Origin: the human T2T-CHM13v2.0 reference genome, Homo sapiens
DNA length: 64,000 nucleotides
Direction: 5' to 3' (one strand)
Assembly (NCBI RefSeq): GCF_009914755.1
Contig: NC_060934.1
Positions 49,161 to 64,000 of the stretch are shown here, in pieces; position 1 is the first letter of the stretch, and every line of letters begins with the position of its first letter. The notes beneath the pieces are model-generated. The model had not been told where the DNA came from and made no database searches. It saw nothing but the letters and a program-made list of their open reading frames with translations. The position numbers and the translations under genes were made by a program.

Positions 49161-49799
49161 TTAAGTTCTTGACTGGCAGCCAACCAAATTCCAGGAACTG
49201 TGGACACCTGCTGTGTGCTCAAGCCTAGGCTAAGCACTGTTGGGGAGTTTTAAAATAAGGTAATTAACAGGTCACTCCGAAAAGTCCTAGAATCTATCAG
49301 GAACCAAAACAAAAACAGACTAAGCAAAACTCTGAGTCATATTAGTAAGAAAGAAGTTAAGAATGGGCAATAGATAGGAAGCTAGCAGTGTCTGCACCAG
49401 TCACGGTGTCACTTGATCACCTCAAACCCCAGGGATGCTGGGAAATTGTTCTAAATGGCCAATGCGATGACAGCAGGCAGTTTCTGCTTCCAGCTCTAAG
49501 TGTTACTCTTTCTTCCTTATCTCTTCACTCTCCCCCTCCCAGAAAACAAGAGTGTGTTTCCATCTTGCAACCATTTAGGAAAGGCCACAGGAATTTCAGA
49601 TCATGGTTCTGACAGTCCTGAGCCTCTGAAGCAGATCCTAGGCACATGAGGAAAAACAACAATATCCATCCTGTAATAGTAACATGTTTAGCTACTCTTG
49701 AATGCATTGCATTATTTGTGCCAAAACAGACTCTAACTAATATGGTAATCATGGCTTCTGTGAAAATGGACAAATGTTTCAAAAGTGAAGAAAAAGGAA

Positions 49800-51010
49800 A
49801 TTGAGGATACTGGGAACTATAAGGCAGTCACAAACCTGGTAATACCTCTCTCCCTCCATCCATTCCAAAACTACTTCCAGAGTGTGGAACTTGTGCACAA
49901 TATGGGCAACTTCATATAAACGGATAGTGCTGATATTTCAACCTATTCTCTTGGAAGCCAAAATAATTAAAGGATGTGTCTACATATGATGATAACAGAT
50001 GACAGATAGATAGATATAAATAAATAAATAAGCTAATTAAGAAGCAGCAATTATATCTATATATTTATTTATTTAAAGCAAGAAGAAGGGACTATGAAAA
50101 GAGAACAATCTGAGAACAATAAAGACTTCTTAGAGATATAATTGCCAAGATAGCAAGTCATTAGACAGTCTAGAAAATAAACAGAATTCTCACACAATAT
50201 GAAGCAAAAGAAAAACCAAAATATACATCCAAAATTGAATGAATTGAAGTTTCAGAAAGGGACAATGGAGAAGGTGTAGGGGAGAAAACTGACAAATAAA
50301 TAATAAACAAAAAAAGTGAAAAAAGAAACTCAAAAAGGAAAAAAAGGCAAGTGGCCAATGAACAGATCAGGTTATAAAAGAAATGTAAATTATACTGACC
50401 ATGAGATATTAGTTTTATCCATCAAATTGGCAAAATTTAAAAAGAATAACATCTGATATAGTTTAAGTGGTGGGTGAACACAATTTCAAGGACAATCGGT
50501 AAGGGTGAGTACTGGTACAATATTTCTGAAGGATATTGTAAAAATCTGTAGGATAATATGTATTCATTTTAATGTGGCAATTCTACTTCTGGGCACTTCA
50601 TTAGGAAATTATTGGGTGATCATACAAATGTGTACCTATCTGAAGGTTTATGAAATGATATTTTTAGTAGCAGAAACTAGAAATGCTGCATGTTCCTCAG
50701 TAAAGAGCCAGGTTTCTAGGGAGAGCTACATCCTACAATACTACCAAGTAGGTTTCAGCATGCTTCATGATTTATTACGTGCAAAATTCAAGTGATGAAA
50801 TAGTGCATATTGTATGATCTCATTTGGATAAATATATGTTGTATTTGACATATTTAATTTAAATATTTGGAATGATATACAGTTTCATTGTGAAGTTGCT
50901 ATCACAAACTTCTAGAGGTTTATAAGGAACATTTTCTTTTCAGTTTTCAGATTTGTTAGTTATCTTCTTTATAGTTAGCATGCATTAACCATTCAATCAG
51001 AAAAAATAAA
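49800..51010 (+). mobile_element. Ancient L1ME-type fragments
   Basis: A-rich; 'atgagatattagttttatccatcaaattggcaaaatttaaaaag' (decayed ORF2 C-terminus). Confidence 0.55.
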
Positions 51011-51108
51011 CACAGCTATTTACATTTTGGTGAGGGAGGGAGAATAAGGAATGCCTCTCAATTGCAGCTGTGATGGCACAGACAGCTTGGAGCAGAAGTG
51101 CTCATGTT

Positions 51109-51887
51109 AATGCTCACCATCACTGGCCATCAGAGAAATGCAAATCAAAACCACAATGAGATACCATCTCACACCAGTTAGAATGGCGATCATTAAAAAG
51201 TCAGGAAACAACAGGTGCTGGAGAGGATGTGGAGAAATAGGAACACTTTTACACAGTTGGTGGGACTGTAAACTAGTTCGACCCTTGTGGAAGTCAGTGT
51301 GGCGATTCCTCAGGGATCTAGAACTAGAAATAACATTTGACCCAGCCATCCCATTACTGGGTATATACCCAAAGGACTATAAATCATGCTGCTATAAAGA
51401 CACATGCACACGTATGTTTATTGCGGCAGTATTCACAATAGCAAAGACTTGGAACCAACCCAAATGTCCAACAATGATAGACTGGATTAAGAAAATGTGG
51501 CACATATACACCATGGAATACTATGCAGCCATAAAAAATGATGAGTTCATGTCCTTTGTAGGGACATGGATGAAATTGGAAATCATCATTCTCAGTAAAC
51601 TATTGCAAGGACAAAAAACCAAATACCGCATGTTCTCACTCATAGGTGGGAATTGAACGATGAGAACACATGGACACAGGAAAGGGAACATCACACTCTG
51701 GGGACTGTTGTGGGGTGGGGGGAGGGGGGAGGGATAGCATTAGGAGATATACCTAATGCTAAGTGACGAGTTAATGGGTGCAGCACACCAGCATGGCACA
51801 TGTATACATATGTAACTAACCTGCACATTGTGCACATGTACCCTAAAACTTAAAGTATAATAAAATAAAATAAAATAAAATAAAAAA
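51109..51887 (+). mobile_element. 5'-truncated young L1PA (L1PA2/3-like)
   Basis: ORF 51138-51656 is the ORF2p C-terminus ([39 protein letters not shown]...MFSLIGGN*); G-rich 3'UTR with GAG at the Ta-diagnostic site; (TAAAA)n tail. Confidence 0.95.
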
Positions 51888-52411
51888 GTTATGTAGCCAG
51901 ATAGTTCACTGGATGTCTCCTTAGTGTTAGATCAAGACCAGCCCTTTCAAACCCAAGTCACCACTTTGGAAGCTTTCCTTTCATGTTAACTACAAGCATA
52001 CCTTATTTTCGTGCTCTTTACTTTATTGCACTTTGCAGGTGTTGCATGTTTTTACAAATTGAAGATCTGTGACAACCCTGGGTCAAGCAAGTCTATCAGT
52101 GCCATTCTTCCAACAGTAAGTGCTCGCTTCGTGTCTCTGTGTCACATTTTGGTAATTCTCACAATATTTTGAACATTTTCATAATTATTGCATCTGTTTT
52201 GGTGATCTGTGGTCAGTGATCTTTGATGTTACCATTGTAATTGTTTTGAGGCACCAGGAACCATGCCCACACAAGACGGCAAACTCCATTGATAAATGGT
52301 GTGTTCTGACTGCTCCACCAACTGGCCATTCCCCTGTCTATTTCTTTCTCCTCAGGCCTCTTTATTCCCTGAAACAACAATATTAAAATTAGGCCAATTA
52401 ATAACCCTACA

Positions 52412-54445
<2,034 letters not shown>

Positions 54446-54601
54446 GACTCATTGAAGGCTCAAATGATTGTTAACATTTTTAGCAGCAAAGTATTTTTAA
54501 ATTAAGGTATGTTTTTTAGACAGTGCACACTTAGTAGACTACAGTATACTGTAAATTATAACTTTTATATGTACTGGGACACAAAAAACCTGTGTGATTT
54601 G

Positions 54602-54971
54602 TGATATAGTTCAGCTGTGTCTCTTCCCAAATGTCATCTTGAATTGTAGCTCCCATAATCCCCACGTTTCATGTGAGGGACCCGGTGGGAAGTAATTGAA
54701 TCATGGGGTGGGGGATGGGGTTTTCCCATGCTGTTCTCATGATAGTGAATAAGTCTCATGAGATCTGATGGTTTTATAAAGGATAGTTCCCCTGGACACA
54801 TTGTCTTTCCTGTTGACATGTAAGATGTGCCTTTGTTCCACCTTTGCCTTCCACCATGATTGTGAGGCCTCCTCAGCCATGTGGAGCTGTGAGTCCATTA
54901 AACTTCTTTTTCTTTATAAATTACCCAGTCTTGGGTATTCCTTCATAGCAGTATGAAAATGGATGAATACA
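54602..54971 (+). mobile_element. THE1C/D solo LTR in Tigger1
   Basis: tgatatagttcagctgtgtc...gcagtatgaaaatggatgaataca; decayed 5-bp TSD atttg / acttg. Confidence 0.9.
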
Positions 54972-55383
54972 ACTTGCCTTATTGAGATATTCACTCTATT
55001 GCAGTGGTGTGGAACCAAACCTGTAGTATCTCCAAGGTGTGCCTATATGTTTGGGTAATGACCCTGTGTAGGTGCAAGTTCAACTCATTCATTTGCTAAG
55101 AGGTACTTTTTATAATGGGTTTATCTTGGAGTGTTCCTCAGGAAGTCACATAACTTACATCTGCTCAATTTTGCTAAGCCTTTTATGACTAACATGAGCA
55201 TTTAGTAACATCTATTTTAAATTTTCCAGCCCAGAATTATTGCTATAACATTAAAATCTTGGGCCTTGAACACATTCTGTCTATTGATAAAATAGATTTC
55301 AATTTATGTCTTCATACATTAATTCTCCAAATTTTTTTTAGTGCTGTGCAGTTGTTGTTTTTTACTATGTTAGGAACTGGAGC

Positions 55384-55755
55384 TATGATGGTGTTAAGGT
55401 TGGTGTTCACCCAAAATTCATATGTTGATATCCTAACACACAGAACCTCAGAGTGTGACCTTATTTGGAGATAGAGACTTTACAGAGGTGTGATGAGGTA
55501 ATTAGAATGGGCCCTAATCTAATAGGAGGAGTGGTGTCCTTATAAGAAGGGGAAATTTGGAGACAGCCATACAGTTGAGAGAAGGCCACGTGAATATGCC
55601 AATGGCCATCCAGCAAAGGAGAGTGGCCTAGAACCAGCCCTGATGACACTGTGATTTCAGACTTCCAGCCTCCAGAATTTCAAGCCAATGCATTTTGTTC
55701 TCTAAGCCACTCAGCTTGCAGCACTTTGTTACAGCAGCCCCTGCAGACCAATACA
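55384..55755 (+). mobile_element. MLT1B/C solo LTR
   Basis: 'cctcagagtgtgaccttatttggagatagag...gacttccagcctccagaa...ttgttacagcagccctgcagaccaataca'. Confidence 0.8.
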
Positions 55756-57404
55756 AACAGTGAGCAAGTCAGGAATGAGCTTGGCCCTCCAGAAGCCTCT
55801 TGTGCAGTGGACAGAGGTCAGCCCTGGATGCTGGGCAGGGGTGGGACAGGCAGCATGACCTGCTGTCAGGCTGGTGTCCTGGTTAAGCAGCTGTCCAGCT
55901 CTCTGCAGAGCATGGAATCTGGGATTCACTCTGACTAAGCATTTTTTTGTCATCCTTCAAATGGAAAGGCAAGGAACACCAGCTTCACTGCAAGTATCAG
56001 GGAGTCAAACCTTGAAAACATCATCACCTCACATTTAAAGTTGAGAAAAAATTATTCATTGAGAATTTGGCGAAGGATTAATCCAAAGCAGCATGGACCT
56101 CGTTCTCAGAGCCCCTCCCATGGAGCTCTTTTCATGAAAGTGTGCTTCCTGCTTAAAGTGCAGACACATGGAAAGCAAACTCAAAGGCAGCTGGGAAACC
56201 CACCGTTGCTAACTCTGTGAGGATATTGGTAAAGGACTCTGTCCCTGGCCCTATACAGTGACAGGGCTGTGGGTCTCAAGTATCAGCAGCATAAAGTGCA
56301 GTATGCAGTCGTTACAGTTTGTTTATATCAAGGACACTGTAATTCATGTCACAGGATCCTGTTTTCCTTTTCTGGTGGGTTGCTTGGAGTCCCAGAAACA
56401 CTTTAAGATCCTTTTGTGTGTGGGATCTTAGAAAGCATATTTCATGCCTCATCTTACTATTTCTACTCTCTTAGCCCCACTGACTCTTTTTTAACCCATA
56501 TCAATTTTCATAAGCCCCCTCCAATAATTATTTAAATGAAGAGGGGCATGAATATTTGAAATTAAATAGGTAACTTAATTAACTCTAGCAGCCACCAAAA
56601 GATACTTTATTCAGTTGTTTTAAAATGAATTAACACCTTGGAAAATATTGTTATTATATTTATTTATATTTAATATTTATTTTTATTTATTTTATTTAGT
56701 GCTTATACTTAATGTCTATATTTAATGTTCAGGAAAAAAAAAAGCCCAGGATGGACTTCTCTTTCCAGAAATATCCCCACTAGCTTTTGATGCAGAGCAA
56801 AAACTAGGAGTGGCTCCAGGTGCCTCCGAGAGCAGACTGTGGACCCAGGAAGCAGAACCAGGCTCTGGTCAAGGGCTTTCCTGAGCCCAAAGCACGGTCA
56901 TCTGGCAAAGTGTTCTCACCCCTAGACCCAAAAGTTTCATCTCATTATAACATCAAGCTCTTTAAAGTTCAGGATCTTGTCATCTAAGTCAGGCACAGAG
57001 ACCTAAAAACTGAAAAAAGAAATTATTTGCCCCTCATTCCTAATTCAGAGTACAATCATGAGACAGAGATAGAAGAATAACTAAATAGACACTTCCACCC
57101 AGAAGGAGATGAAAGGGAGGTACATTACAACTACTGAAATCTACCTGGGCTCCAGCAGAACCCCCTGCTCTGGGATAAGAGAATGTCCCTGATTAGAAAC
57201 TGGTTCTATTCCCTAGAACTGACTCCATAATTCATTGTCCTCAAAAGCTTTGGGATCCACTATTTGATATCTTAATTTTTCTATAAGAAATGGCCATGTT
57301 TGCAGTCAAGTAACAAGTTTCATGATCTCAGTCCCTGCCACAGCAGTGAGGTCGCTTAGATCTGCTGAGACAAATGAAACAACAGATACAATACAAATTA
57401 TCAC

Positions 57405-57758
57405 TTTTTTCTTTTTTCTTTTCTTTCTCTTTCTCTCTTTCTCTCTTTCTCTCTTTCTTTCTTTCTTTTTTTTTTTTTTTGATGAGGGCTCACTCTTTTG
57501 CCAAGGCTGGAGTGCAGTGGCACTATCTCAGTTCAGGGCAGCCTTCCCCTCCCAGGTTCAAATGATTCTCATGCCTCCCCCTCCTGAGTAGCTGGGATTA
57601 CAGGCGTCTGCCACCAAGCCTGTGTATTTTTTGTATTTTTAGTAGAGACAGGTTGGCCATTTTGGCCAGGCTGGTCTCAAACTCCTAACCTCAGGTGATC
57701 TGACCACCTCAGCCTCCCAGAGTGCTGGAATTACAGGTGTGAGCCACCGCTTCCAGCC
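57405..57758 (-). mobile_element. AluSx-like with expanded (CTTT/CT)n tail
   Basis: Reverse Alu; pyrimidine tail 57405-57480. Confidence 0.9.
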
Positions 57759-57833
57759 ACAAATAATATATTTTTAAATATAATGCTGAGCTGGCACAGA
57801 AGTTAGAAATCCACAGAATGATTTGCAAATATC

Positions 57834-58002
57834 AGGGGTCAATCCAGGTTTTGTGAGACTGTAAATGCACAAAATGTGCCTTGTTAACAAAAATACCAAA
57901 TTTTAAAAAGCAAAATTAGGCTCAGCAGATTAGAAAGAGCTCATGTAAATGAAGCATTCTGAAAAACTCATGTTTCATTAGCTTCACAGTACATCCGCTT
58001 GT
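57834..58002. mobile_element. MER53-like hAT MITE
   Basis: caggggtcaatccaggttttgtgag ... ttcattagcttcacagtacatccgcttgtg termini. Confidence 0.7.
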
Positions 58003-58239
58003 GGAAAGCAATAAACCTTGAAATGAAGTATATCAAGTGTATCAGTTGAGATGACCATAGATATTGATAAGCTTTAGGCATTCTTAAACACGCATACTGA
58101 AATAGCTAAGATAATCGCTAATAGAATAGACAATTATATTTGTAAAACACGTAGAGGGATAATAGTGGAATCTGATTTTAAAGCACTCCATCCAAAATAA
58201 GGCACAAAAGGAAAGGACAAAAAAATTGCTGTGAACTAG

Positions 58240-59550
58240 TAATAAAGAGATGTTATGAACAATGTCATAGCAACAGATGATGAGAAAGATACATATCTAA
58301 AAAAACCTTACTAAAATTATTTCAGGAAGATGTAGGAGGCCTCATTAGTTGTTAAAATTCTTTCGCAAAGGAAACCCCAGACCCAAGTGGCCTTACAGTT
58401 GATTTCTATCAAACATCAAAGATCAAATAGTTTTATCTTACACACACTCTTCCAAAGAATAGAAAAAGCGAAAGCACATCCTAACTCATTGTATGAGGCT
58501 ATCATATGTCTGATACTAAGAACAGATGAGTAACTGCAAGAAAGTAAAGCTACAGATTAAGTTTCTTTATAAATAAAGGTGAAGACATCTAAACAAAACT
58601 GCCATAAAGAACACACAAAGGAAAATGTATAAAGAATCATACATCGTAATCACTTTGAGATTATCCCAGGAATACAAAGTTGTTTAATTTTGAAAATTAA
58701 TTAGTGTAACACATCACATCAACAGATCGAAGGCACAAAGTCCATGCTCAGGTTTACAGATGCAGAGATCTGTTTGACAAAATTCAACATCCACTCATGA
58801 CTTAAAACAAAACAAAACTTGTAACAAAACAAGAATGGGAGGAACTTCCTTAACTTAATAAAGAGCACCTAACAAAACCTACAGCAAATCACATGTAAAG
58901 ATGTTTAAGACATTCCCTTTAAGATCATAAAATGGCAAGAATGACTGCTTTTCTCTTTCCTGCTCAGTAATGTATTAAAGGGCTTAACCAGTGCAGTAAG
59001 AAGAAAACAGAAATAAAGAGAGATTGGAAAGCAATAAACAAAGCGTCATTATTTGTACATGTTAAGATTTTCTATATAGAAAACCCCAAAGAACCCACAG
59101 ATAATTTTTTAGAACTAATAGACAAATTTACTAGTTGATTTTTTTTAATTCAAAACATGAAAGTCACATTGCATTTCTGAACATCAGCAACTTGAATTTA
59201 CAAAATATGATTTTTTAAGTTTTGATACTGTGTTGAAAATGACACAGAAAAGCAACAGATGATGAAGACATTATTCAGGATGACAGTCACTTGCAGGGAG
59301 TAGGTGCAGTATAATTGAGGAAGGGGACATTATGGGTTTCTAGTACATTTGAAAAGGTCTGTTTCTTAGGCCAGGTGGTGGCTTTATGATGTCTATTGGA
59401 TTTTTCTTGTTTCAGCTGTACATATACTCTTTTTGGGCTCTTTTTATATTATATTACTTTGCAATTCTTATTATTAAAAACAGTTTAAATTCTTTTTATG
59501 TATGATATTGTTTGAAATTATTTTATGCTATTTTTAAAAAGCAGAGCACC
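58240..59550 (+). mobile_element. Ancient L1M ORF2/3' fragments
   Basis: 'ccccagacccaagtggccttacagttgatttctatcaaaca', 'tttgacaaaattcaacatccactcatga' (FDKIQHP of the L1 RT), 'tatatagaaaaccccaaaga'. Confidence 0.8.
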
Positions 59551-60638
59551 ATATCTCTGGTATTATTACCATAATGTTAAAATATGTATATACAGTGGGA
59601 AGTGGCAGGGGGGTATAAATGACAAATTAAGAAGCTGGAAGGATTTAAGTTGGAGGATGATATAAAAAATCCTTAGGGCTTAAATTCCACGTTAAAGAAT
59701 TTTTACTCTGTTCTAAAGCAATAACTATATACTCCATCAGGAAACAGTATGTGTTCACATAATCAAGGGATTGGGTGTATGGCACCTGTGTTTTAGGAAG
59801 GTAATTGGCATAATGCTGGGATGACTATTTTAGAATTTTAGAAATGGCTTTCTCTGCAGCTTGGCTTTCTCTGGTGATTTTCCGTAGCTAAAGACTCCTC
59901 TCCTTGGCTTCCCCAAACTTTTCAAGTGTAAAGTGTCAGGGCCCCTCTGTTGTGAGATGTCCTGTCACATGGACTCAGCCAGAGCTCCCCCGTGTTCTAT
60001 GGAAAAGGCTAACGAGATGAAGTGGACCTAAAAGGGCAACACTTGTTTTATAGCCTACAGCACTCAGGGACCGAGCCTGTGCCAACACCATCCCCAACAT
60101 AGATGAGCTCTGACCTTTAGGGTGCTTGCAGCCACGTGGCTGTAGCTCGTCCCTCTGTCCCTGCCCCTGCCCTGAGTCTGGCCTTTTTGGCAGCTCCTTC
60201 TTTTCTCTGCCCTGCACTTGCTCTTTGAATGGTCCCCTGGTTTTGTCCCCTGGCATTGTGTCTCAGACACAGTTCTCACTCCCCCTCCATCCTGATCCTG
60301 TCTGGCCATCCTTCTTTCTGGAAGAAACTCAAACCCCTGGTCCCCAGACTGGGGCCACTGTTGTAACCACCATTCCCTGACCAGGCCTGCTCAAGCCTAT
60401 CCATGGTCTCAGCTCCCCCATCATTAAGATAAAGGCTTTGATTCTGAATAGTATTTGCTTAGCTCCTTAGATTAGAGTGGAAATAAGTATTCTCAGGGTT
60501 TGGCCTTGATCTGGAAAAACTGTGGGTTGTAACCATTAATGGATTGTGAAATCATTTTTGTGGGTCATAACCAGGGTTATTTTAAAGAAATAGAATAGAA
60601 TAGCAAAGATCAAATGGTCTCCCACATCGTAAAGGTAA

Positions 60639-60990
60639 TGTATTAGCCCGTTTTGTTTCTGCTGACAAAGACATACCTGAGACTGGGAAGAAAAAGGGGT
60701 TTAATTGGACTTATAGTTCCACATGGCCAGGGAAGCCTCAGAATCATGGTGGGAGGTGAAAGGCAATTCTTACACGGCAGCAGCAAGAAAAAATGATGAG
60801 GAAGCAAACGCGGAAACCCCTGATGAAGCCATCAGATCTCGTGACTTATTCACTCTCACAGGAATAGCACAGGAAAGACCAGCCCCATGATTCAATTACC
60901 TCCCCCCGGGTCCCTCCCACAACACATGGGAATTCTGGGATATACAATTCAAGTTGAGATTTGGGTGGGGGCACCAGCCAAACCATATCA
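60639..60990 (-). mobile_element. THE1A solo LTR
   Basis: tgtattag...cagccaaaccatatca; perfect 5-bp TSD GGTAA at 60634-60638 and 60991-60995. Confidence 0.92.
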
Positions 60991-61037
60991 GGTAAGTACT
61001 GTTTTGTTCTGTTTTTTTTTTTTTTAACTCACATCTC

Positions 61038-61378
<341 letters not shown>

Positions 61379-61391
61379 TGAGTGTTGAGAT

Positions 61392-61781
61392 TGTTATGGG
61401 CTGGGTTGTACTCCCCTCCAAATTCATAGTGGAAGCCCTGCCGCCCAGAACCTCAGAATGGGACCGTATTTGGAGGCAAGGTCTTTAAAGAGGTGATGAA
61501 GTTAAAATGAGGTCCTTGGAGTGGATGCTAATCAATATGACTGGTGTCCTTATAAGAAGAGGAGACTGGGACACAGACATGGACACACAGAGGAAAGACC
61601 ATGTGAGGAAGTGAGAAGATGGGATCTACAAGCCAAGCAGAGAGGCTTTGGGAAAAAACCAACTCTGCTGGCACCTTGATCTTGGACTTCTCATTTCCAG
61701 AACTGGGATAATTAATTTTTTGTTGTTTTCAGCAACCAAGTCTGTGGCAGTTTGTTATGACAGCCCTAGCTGACTAATACA
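61392..61781 (+). mobile_element. MLT1B solo LTR
   Basis: tgttatgggctgggttgt...tgactaataca; near-TSD gagat / gacat. Confidence 0.88.
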
Positions 61782-62382
61782 GACATACAATATAATTCTT
61801 ATGGGGTGAATTCAGTCAAAAACATTAGCTATTCACTGGCTGGCCTTTCAAATTTTAGACCTCATTAATGGTTGAAAAGAGCAAAGTCCTATTCTGCAGT
61901 TTGTAAGGGAAGCTCTCTTGGGGATATTTGGAACTTAGCAACATTTCCTATGATGCAGTGCTCTCATGCAGTGGGTGCCCAAGCAAAATCAAGATCTAGA
62001 GCTACAGTTCTCATCATGAAGACAGAAAAACACAAGCATGTGGGAACCAGCTACAGGATCCATGGACCAAACAGCACATTGTAGCAAAGGGTTAAAAAAG
62101 AACTGGACATGTGAAATGTCCAGGGCCAGGCCCTGGGTCTCCCTAACACTGGATCCCTTGTGCGATGAGATAACATGAGTGAGGTAGTGGATGTTTCTGG
62201 ATCCTGCTCCACCTCTTTCCATCAATCCACACTGAGCACCATCCCAACATAAATGAGGGCGAGCCCGGCTGCATTAGAGCAGGCCCTGCTCTTGGCTGGG
62301 GCGACGGCACGCTCACCACACAGTATTCCAAAGGTGAGTCCATAAACTCTGTCCCCAGAGTGCCATTTGATGATGACCTCAC

Positions 62383-63111
62383 CTTGGAAGGTCTATTTTG
62401 AGTATCCAAGAGTCTCCCTTGCACAGTCGTTGTATAACCTCCTGCGCTTGCTGCTAAAGAGTTTTCTGTCTCCAAAAATAATCTCCAAATGATGGTTAAC
62501 ACGACCCTGGCATAATTCATCCTGTACAAATAAGTGAAAGGGAGCTAATGCCCAACTCCTGGCACAGCCACAGAGCGGGCGTTGGAAGTGGAGGTGGCCA
62601 TGACTTCAATCCTTGGCAGAGGGCTGCAGATTGGATGGGGAGCCAGGCGAGAGGCAAGAACACCATGCCCAAGGCGCCTGGCATGGGCATTTCCTTCTGG
62701 ACGGGGCCAGGGAACAGTTTGAGGCTCCTCCACTATTCCACATAGAGCTTTGAGTGTCTGTCACCTGAACTGGCCACACTACCATCCCTGAATGTCACCA
62801 CGACTTTACTTTTTAAAGAGCTTCTTAATGGGTAGCTGAGCACCAGGTTGCAGTCACCACATTGTATTCCCTGACCCTTAATTCTGAGAATAGCATCTCT
62901 CATGTCCAACTTAGTCCTATCATTGACCACAGAGAGATACCAAGTATCATTAGTCAAGGTTCTACCCTAGATACAGTTTTATTGGAGGATGATTTTTAGG
63001 AGTAGAACTGCATTACCTTGTGCAAAGAGAGGGATGTTGTGGGCCCCTGGCTTTCTTCACATGTTCCTTCTCCTACTCATTCAGGGTCTGGTTTATCCGA
63101 AACATTTGAAC
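62383..63111 (-). ncRNA. Two candidate internal exons (63111-63017 and 62521-62383) of a spliced minus-strand transcript (lncRNA or 5'UTR)
   Basis: Both have polypyrimidine-YAG acceptors and AAG|GTRAK donors; no transcript evidence available. Confidence 0.35.
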
Positions 63112-63139
63112 CTGCAAAGAGCTGGAGGATGGACGAGGT

Positions 63140-63270
63140 TACTGAACATCTTCAGTGTCTCATAAATCTTTGCAACAGTCCTGGAAGTGATCGTTAGTAT
63201 ACTCACTTTGCAGACGAGGAGACTGAGTCCTGGAGGTCAAATAACTTGCTCTACGTCACCACACCGTAAA
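63140..63270 (-). mobile_element. MIR fragment
   Basis: 'atactcactttgcagacgaggagactgagtcctggaggtcaaataacttgctc'. Confidence 0.65.
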
Positions 63271-63569
63271 GGGGACAAATCTTCACAGTTTACTTGTTGG
63301 CCATGGTCTATATGACCTTGGCATTCTCCCTCATGCTGAAGCTGGAAAAGAGAATCAGTTCAGAGGGAGATAGGAATGATGGGGGCTAGCCCAATGATGA
63401 CCGAAGGTGCCAAGAAAGCTTCCAGGGCAGCCCAAAGTCAGGCCCTGGAGATGGTTCAGAGCCAACCCCAGGTTCATAAACCTCTGAACTGCAGCACATT
63501 CTGACTTTAAAGGATTGATCCTTCCTTAGACTTTGGAGACGTTGGCCCATGAGGGAGGCAGAGCCATGT

Positions 63570-63720
63570 GCTGGAAAGCTCAGGGTCTGGGGTCGGGTCC
63601 AGCCTCATGATTTACTAGCTGGGAGACTCTGGGCATGTTGCTGGACCCCTCTGTGCATGGGAGGATCCATCTCCTCATGCAGAAAATGAACACGGTGTTC
63701 TCTATCTGTTACCGTTGTTG
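63570..63720 (+). mobile_element. MIR fragment
   Basis: 'atttactagctgggagactctgggcatgttgctggacccctctgtgc...ctcctcatgcagaaaatg'. Confidence 0.6.
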
Positions 63721-64000
63721 AGAGACCCTGCCTTGTGCTGGGCCACTCTTCTTCCTCATGCCACCCGTGTAGACAGTGGCATGCTCACACTGAGCTGCTC
63801 ACTCACCACTCACTGCACTTGGAGGTGCTGAAGCCAAGTGGAAAATGTGGGCTTTCCCCACAGAGCTTTCCTTGTTTGAGTGAACTGAATCTTTATTTTC
63901 TTTTACAAGCAAAGAGCTTTTCATTAATTTGTGCCAGACCATTTAATATATTCTACAGTGTTCTTGTTTCACTTAATTTTCTGGATTTCCAAGAAAGCTT

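Noticed and set aside
51138-51656. 172-aa intact ORF with a zinc knuckle
   Set aside because: C-terminal fragment of L1 ORF2p in a 5'-truncated copy; not an independent gene.
56740-57320. Possible MaLR internal (MLT1-int) sequence
   Set aside because: Resemblance only; I could not fix boundaries or family with enough confidence to list it.
63995-64000. Window ends exactly on a HindIII site (AAGCTT)
   Set aside because: May reflect a clone end or chance; technical rather than biological.

Overview
Primate (most likely human or another hominoid) non-coding DNA: Alu J/S/Y, young L1PA, ERV9 and HML-8 LTRs, and CpG depletion. I recognise no protein-coding gene, RNA gene or CRISPR-type array, and I cannot assign the locus. 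Much of the window is interspersed repeat. Well-defined elements include a solo LTR12 (4-bp TSD) carrying an AluY, a solo MER11 LTR (6-bp TSD), a full-length Tigger1 with two nested insertions, a 5'-truncated L1PA, and many MaLR, L1M, L2, L3 and MIR fragments. The dominant unusual structure is a ~2.9 kb almost pure A/T, strand-asymmetric, internally zoned repeat (19261-22145) next to an AluJ tail; it accounts for the longest ORFs in the track. Items worth follow-up: convergent LTR12/MER11 promoters around an inverted Alu pair, a candidate spliced minus-strand transcript near the right end, an inverted L1 duplication with shared derived changes, and several motif-dense unique segments that may be enhancers, including a PBX-HOX/MEIS/TCF cluster. 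I see no convincing evidence of a new multi-gene system. Repeat subfamily names come from recalled consensus sequences and need RepeatMasker/Dfam confirmation.
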